Shown here one piece after another: positions 61,921 to 64,000 of a DNA stretch of 64,000 bases. The DNA is taken from contig CAVVMW010000001.1 of NCBI GenBank assembly GCA_963749495.1, positions 1-64,000 on the forward strand, in the 5' to 3' direction. This stretch comes from an uncultured bacterium. Its GTDB lineage: Bacteria; Verrucomicrobiota; Verrucomicrobiia; Limisphaerales; UBA8199. The position numbers were made by a program, and so were the translations under genes. The notes beneath the pieces were generated by a model. That model saw nothing but the letters and a program-made list of their open reading frames with translations, had not been told where the DNA came from and searched no databases. How positions within the stretch are numbered: position 1 is the stretch's first letter; every line of letters begins with the position of its first letter.

Positions 61921-62252
61921 CGGCCCATCGGGCCGCCAGAACCTAGCCCAGGGCTGAGGCCGCCAGGCCGATGCCCTGGGTTTCGCCACAAACCCCGGCC
62001 CTGCGCCCTGAAAGAATTCCCGGAACGAATTCGCGCTTTGCGCCCCTGAACCTCGACACTGCGTTCCCGTCCCGCGAAGCGTTTTGGACTGCCGCAGTCC
62101 AAAACCTGCGGGCTTGGGGCCGGTTCATGGAGAGGGCGCCAGAGCCCTCTGGCGCCCTTTCAGGGCGCGCCTAATCTTCCGGGGGGCATCTTCCCAGGGC
62201 ATCGGCCTGGCGGCCTCAGCCCTGGGCTAGGCTCTGCCGGCCCTTTGGGCCG
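61921..62252. repeat. Long palindromic repeat (GCCCTGAAAGGGC family), copy 2, with a nested insert of about 120 bp
   Basis: Arms match 25970..26176; extra segment at 62015-62134. Confidence 0.85.
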
Positions 62253-62414
62253 GAGGTTCGGACCGACCCGATCGTCTGGACAACGCGTCCGTTGCCTGTG
62301 AACTCCAGTGCGCGTCGATCACCATTGTGACATTTGTCTTGCATAACGACAACAACGGAAGGATAACGTCCCCCAACCCTTCTGCTCCTGCGGACGCACC
62401 GGGAACTGACATTT

Positions 62415-62793
62415 ATGCCGATATGTGAGTGTGGTTTTAACTTCGCGAAGGCGCACCTGAAGGGACGCCGCATCGAGTCGGTACGCGGCCATACACGATC
62501 GCGACTACCTGAAGCTAATGCGAAAAGAACGGGCCATCTTGTCGGAGCGCAACCCGGACAAGAGGCTGGGGTTGATTGCGGAGGCCTCACAATGGGTGGG
62601 CAACCTGATGCGTTGTCCCGAGTGTGGGGCGTGGCTTTTTCTGAAGCCTCAGCAGGGGAAGGCCAGCCCGATAATCCTTCTCAAGGCGGCCCCGTTCACC
62701 CGACGAGCAAGCTCCTCTGAACGCCGTGCGCGCGTCTCTGTGGGCAGCCGGAAGCGGGCGGCCCAGCGCCGGCCACCGCATAGCGGTGCATGA
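62415..62793 (+). CDS. Small Cys-containing hypothetical protein (frameshift near 62480)
   Basis: MPICECG then RCPECG across two ORFs. Confidence 0.4.
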
Positions 62794-63194
62794 TGGCAGC
62801 CGTGGACTTCCAGTCCACGGACCCATGGCCCAAACTCACCCGCGTCGCGCAGCGACGCCTGAAAAAACAGGACGAGATCTGGCAGCGCGGGGCTATCAGG
62901 CGTCGCTACGCGACGCGCGGCCATTCCCGCGCCCCAAACCGTGGACCGAGGTCCACGGCTAGCTTCACTGCGTCGCTCCGCGACGCGCGCGCTGCGCTGG
63001 CTCACCGCGTAGCGGTGCCCGATGGTAGCCGTGGACTTCCAGTCCACGGACCCATGGCCCACGCTCAACCGCGTCGCGTAGCGACGCCCGAAAACTGCGA
63101 AGCTATCAGGCGTCGCTACGCGACGCGCGGCCATTCCCGCGCCCCAAACCGTGGACCGAGGTCCACGGCTACCTTCACTGCGTCGCTCCGCGAC
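62774..63194. repeat. Two tandem copies of the GTCGCGTAGCGAC-family palindrome
   Basis: Copies at about 62774-62986 and 63003-63194, near-identical to 59063..59280. Confidence 0.9.
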
Positions 63195-63254
63195 ATGAGC
63201 TTCTCCCTTGGCCCAGGGTTTGCCAAAACGCACGCCTTTGATAGGCTGCCGCCC

Positions 63255-63764
63255 ATGAAATACAGCTCCAGGTGCTTCCACACGACCTCTCGGACCCGTT
63301 GGCTGCGGCTCCTCTTGACCCTGTGCAGCGCAATCGCCGCGGGCCGGATGAGCGGAGCCGCTCCCGCCGAGGCATTGGCCGGACGTTCGGACCTCACTTC
63401 ATCGAACGAGGATTCGGGCCAGTGGCTGGGGCAATGGACCTTGAAAACAGCCGACACGACATTGGGGAGACCGGCGATACTCCCCGCAAGCCAGGCGGAA
63501 CAAAGCGAACCGCGCGACCACGCCGGTCCGGCTGGGCGGGACCTGCCTCGGTTCCGCGAGCAAGTCATTAGCAAATAAACGATCTACCAGGCCGTGGACG
63601 CCAAGGGCGAGCACTGGCGCAAGACCGTGTTGGACGACGGTGGCATCGCTGCTGCCGATTGCGTTATCGAAGACTTCACCGGCGATGGCAAGCCCGACAT
63701 CGCCTGCATCGGCGCCTCCACCGGCAACTTGAAACTCTACGTTAATCTGGGGCGCGGGGACTGA
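63255..63764 (+). pseudogene. Fragmented secreted protein with an FG-GAP/VCBS-like C-terminus
   Basis: Signal-peptide ORF stops at 63578; then start-less WRKTVLDDGGIAAADCVIEDFTGDGKPDIACIG..NLKLY. Confidence 0.55.
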
Positions 63765-64000
63765 GGATATTGGGGGGTCTTTTTGGCGAAATACTCCAGC
63801 CAGCCGAGGGCCATGCCATCGGCGATGGTGCCTTTGCCCTGCTTGTATTCGGCGATGGTCTTGCCCCAATAAAAGCCAATCCAGCCGGTGGCCAGCCGGC
63901 GCGAACCGTCAATGAATTGGTCCAAGTCCGCTACCGAGCAGCTCAAGGGGAACATCTCCTCGATCACGATCGGCTTGCCAATATCGTAAACCGCGAGGGC
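63737..64000 (-). CDS. C-terminus of a GH5/cellulase-like glycoside hydrolase (partial)
   Basis: IGKPIVIEEMFPL and GWIGFYWG; open to the right edge. Confidence 0.6.
   Translation of the reverse strand, partial: ALAVYDIGKPIVIEEMFPLSCSVADLDQFIDGSRRLATGWIGFYWGKTIAEYKQGKGTIADGMALGWLEYFAKKTPQYPQSPRPRLT

Noticed and set aside
62330..62775. Integron attC sites around the small Cys-rich ORF
   Set aside because: No convincing paired core sites could be identified, and no integrase is present.
62774..63194. CRISPR-like array or tRNA/ncRNA cluster
   Set aside because: Units are palindromes of about 200 bp, also found singly at 59063; no spacer pattern or cloverleaf.
1..64000. About 17 frameshifted genes as mass pseudogenisation or programmed frameshifting
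   Set aside because: They are isolated indels in otherwise intact genes of all kinds, without in-frame stops or motif decay. Long-read consensus error is the simplest explanation; this needs read polishing to confirm.

Overview
High-GC bacterial chromosomal window. The gene content (many ECF sigma factors with long membrane-anchored C-terminal extensions, a GspK with HhH motifs, many palindromic intergenic repeats) suggests the PVC superphylum, probably Verrucomicrobiota; this is inference only. About 17 otherwise intact genes carry single frameshifts, most simply explained as long-read indel errors. Left to right: (1) a minus-strand redox cluster (two histidine kinases, receiver, hdrC, hdrB, etfB, etfA, FadF-like Fe-S membrane protein) preceded by an hdrC stub; (2) priA with a repeat-derived insertion, then a RelE/ParE TA pair; (3) a type II secretion cluster gspE-F-G-H-I-J-K-L-M-(C)-D whose pseudopilin leaders are filled with in-frame repeats; (4) lytic transglycosylase, Mut7-C RNase and mlaEFD with a degenerate ATPase; (5) a decayed defence/TA island (AEP-primase/helicase/DUF559 fusion, hicBA, recD2 pseudogene split by a NucS-like nuclease gene, GNAT/DUF1778 TA); (6) a PLP enzyme, an ISL3-interrupted gene, an FGE-family gene and another TA pair; (7) about 15 kb with five ECF sigma genes. 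The best candidate for an undescribed system is in block 7: four membrane-anchored ECF sigmas share an identically spaced upstream promoter motif, and three of them share a coiled-coil linker with two sigma-less genes that encode only the TM, coiled coil and extracytoplasmic module. Also notable are a 114-bp CTAG-flanked mobile repeat (3 copies, one translated in frame) and an IS1380 carrying a divergent AbrB-like ORF. No rRNA, tRNA, CRISPR array or reverse transcriptase was recognised.
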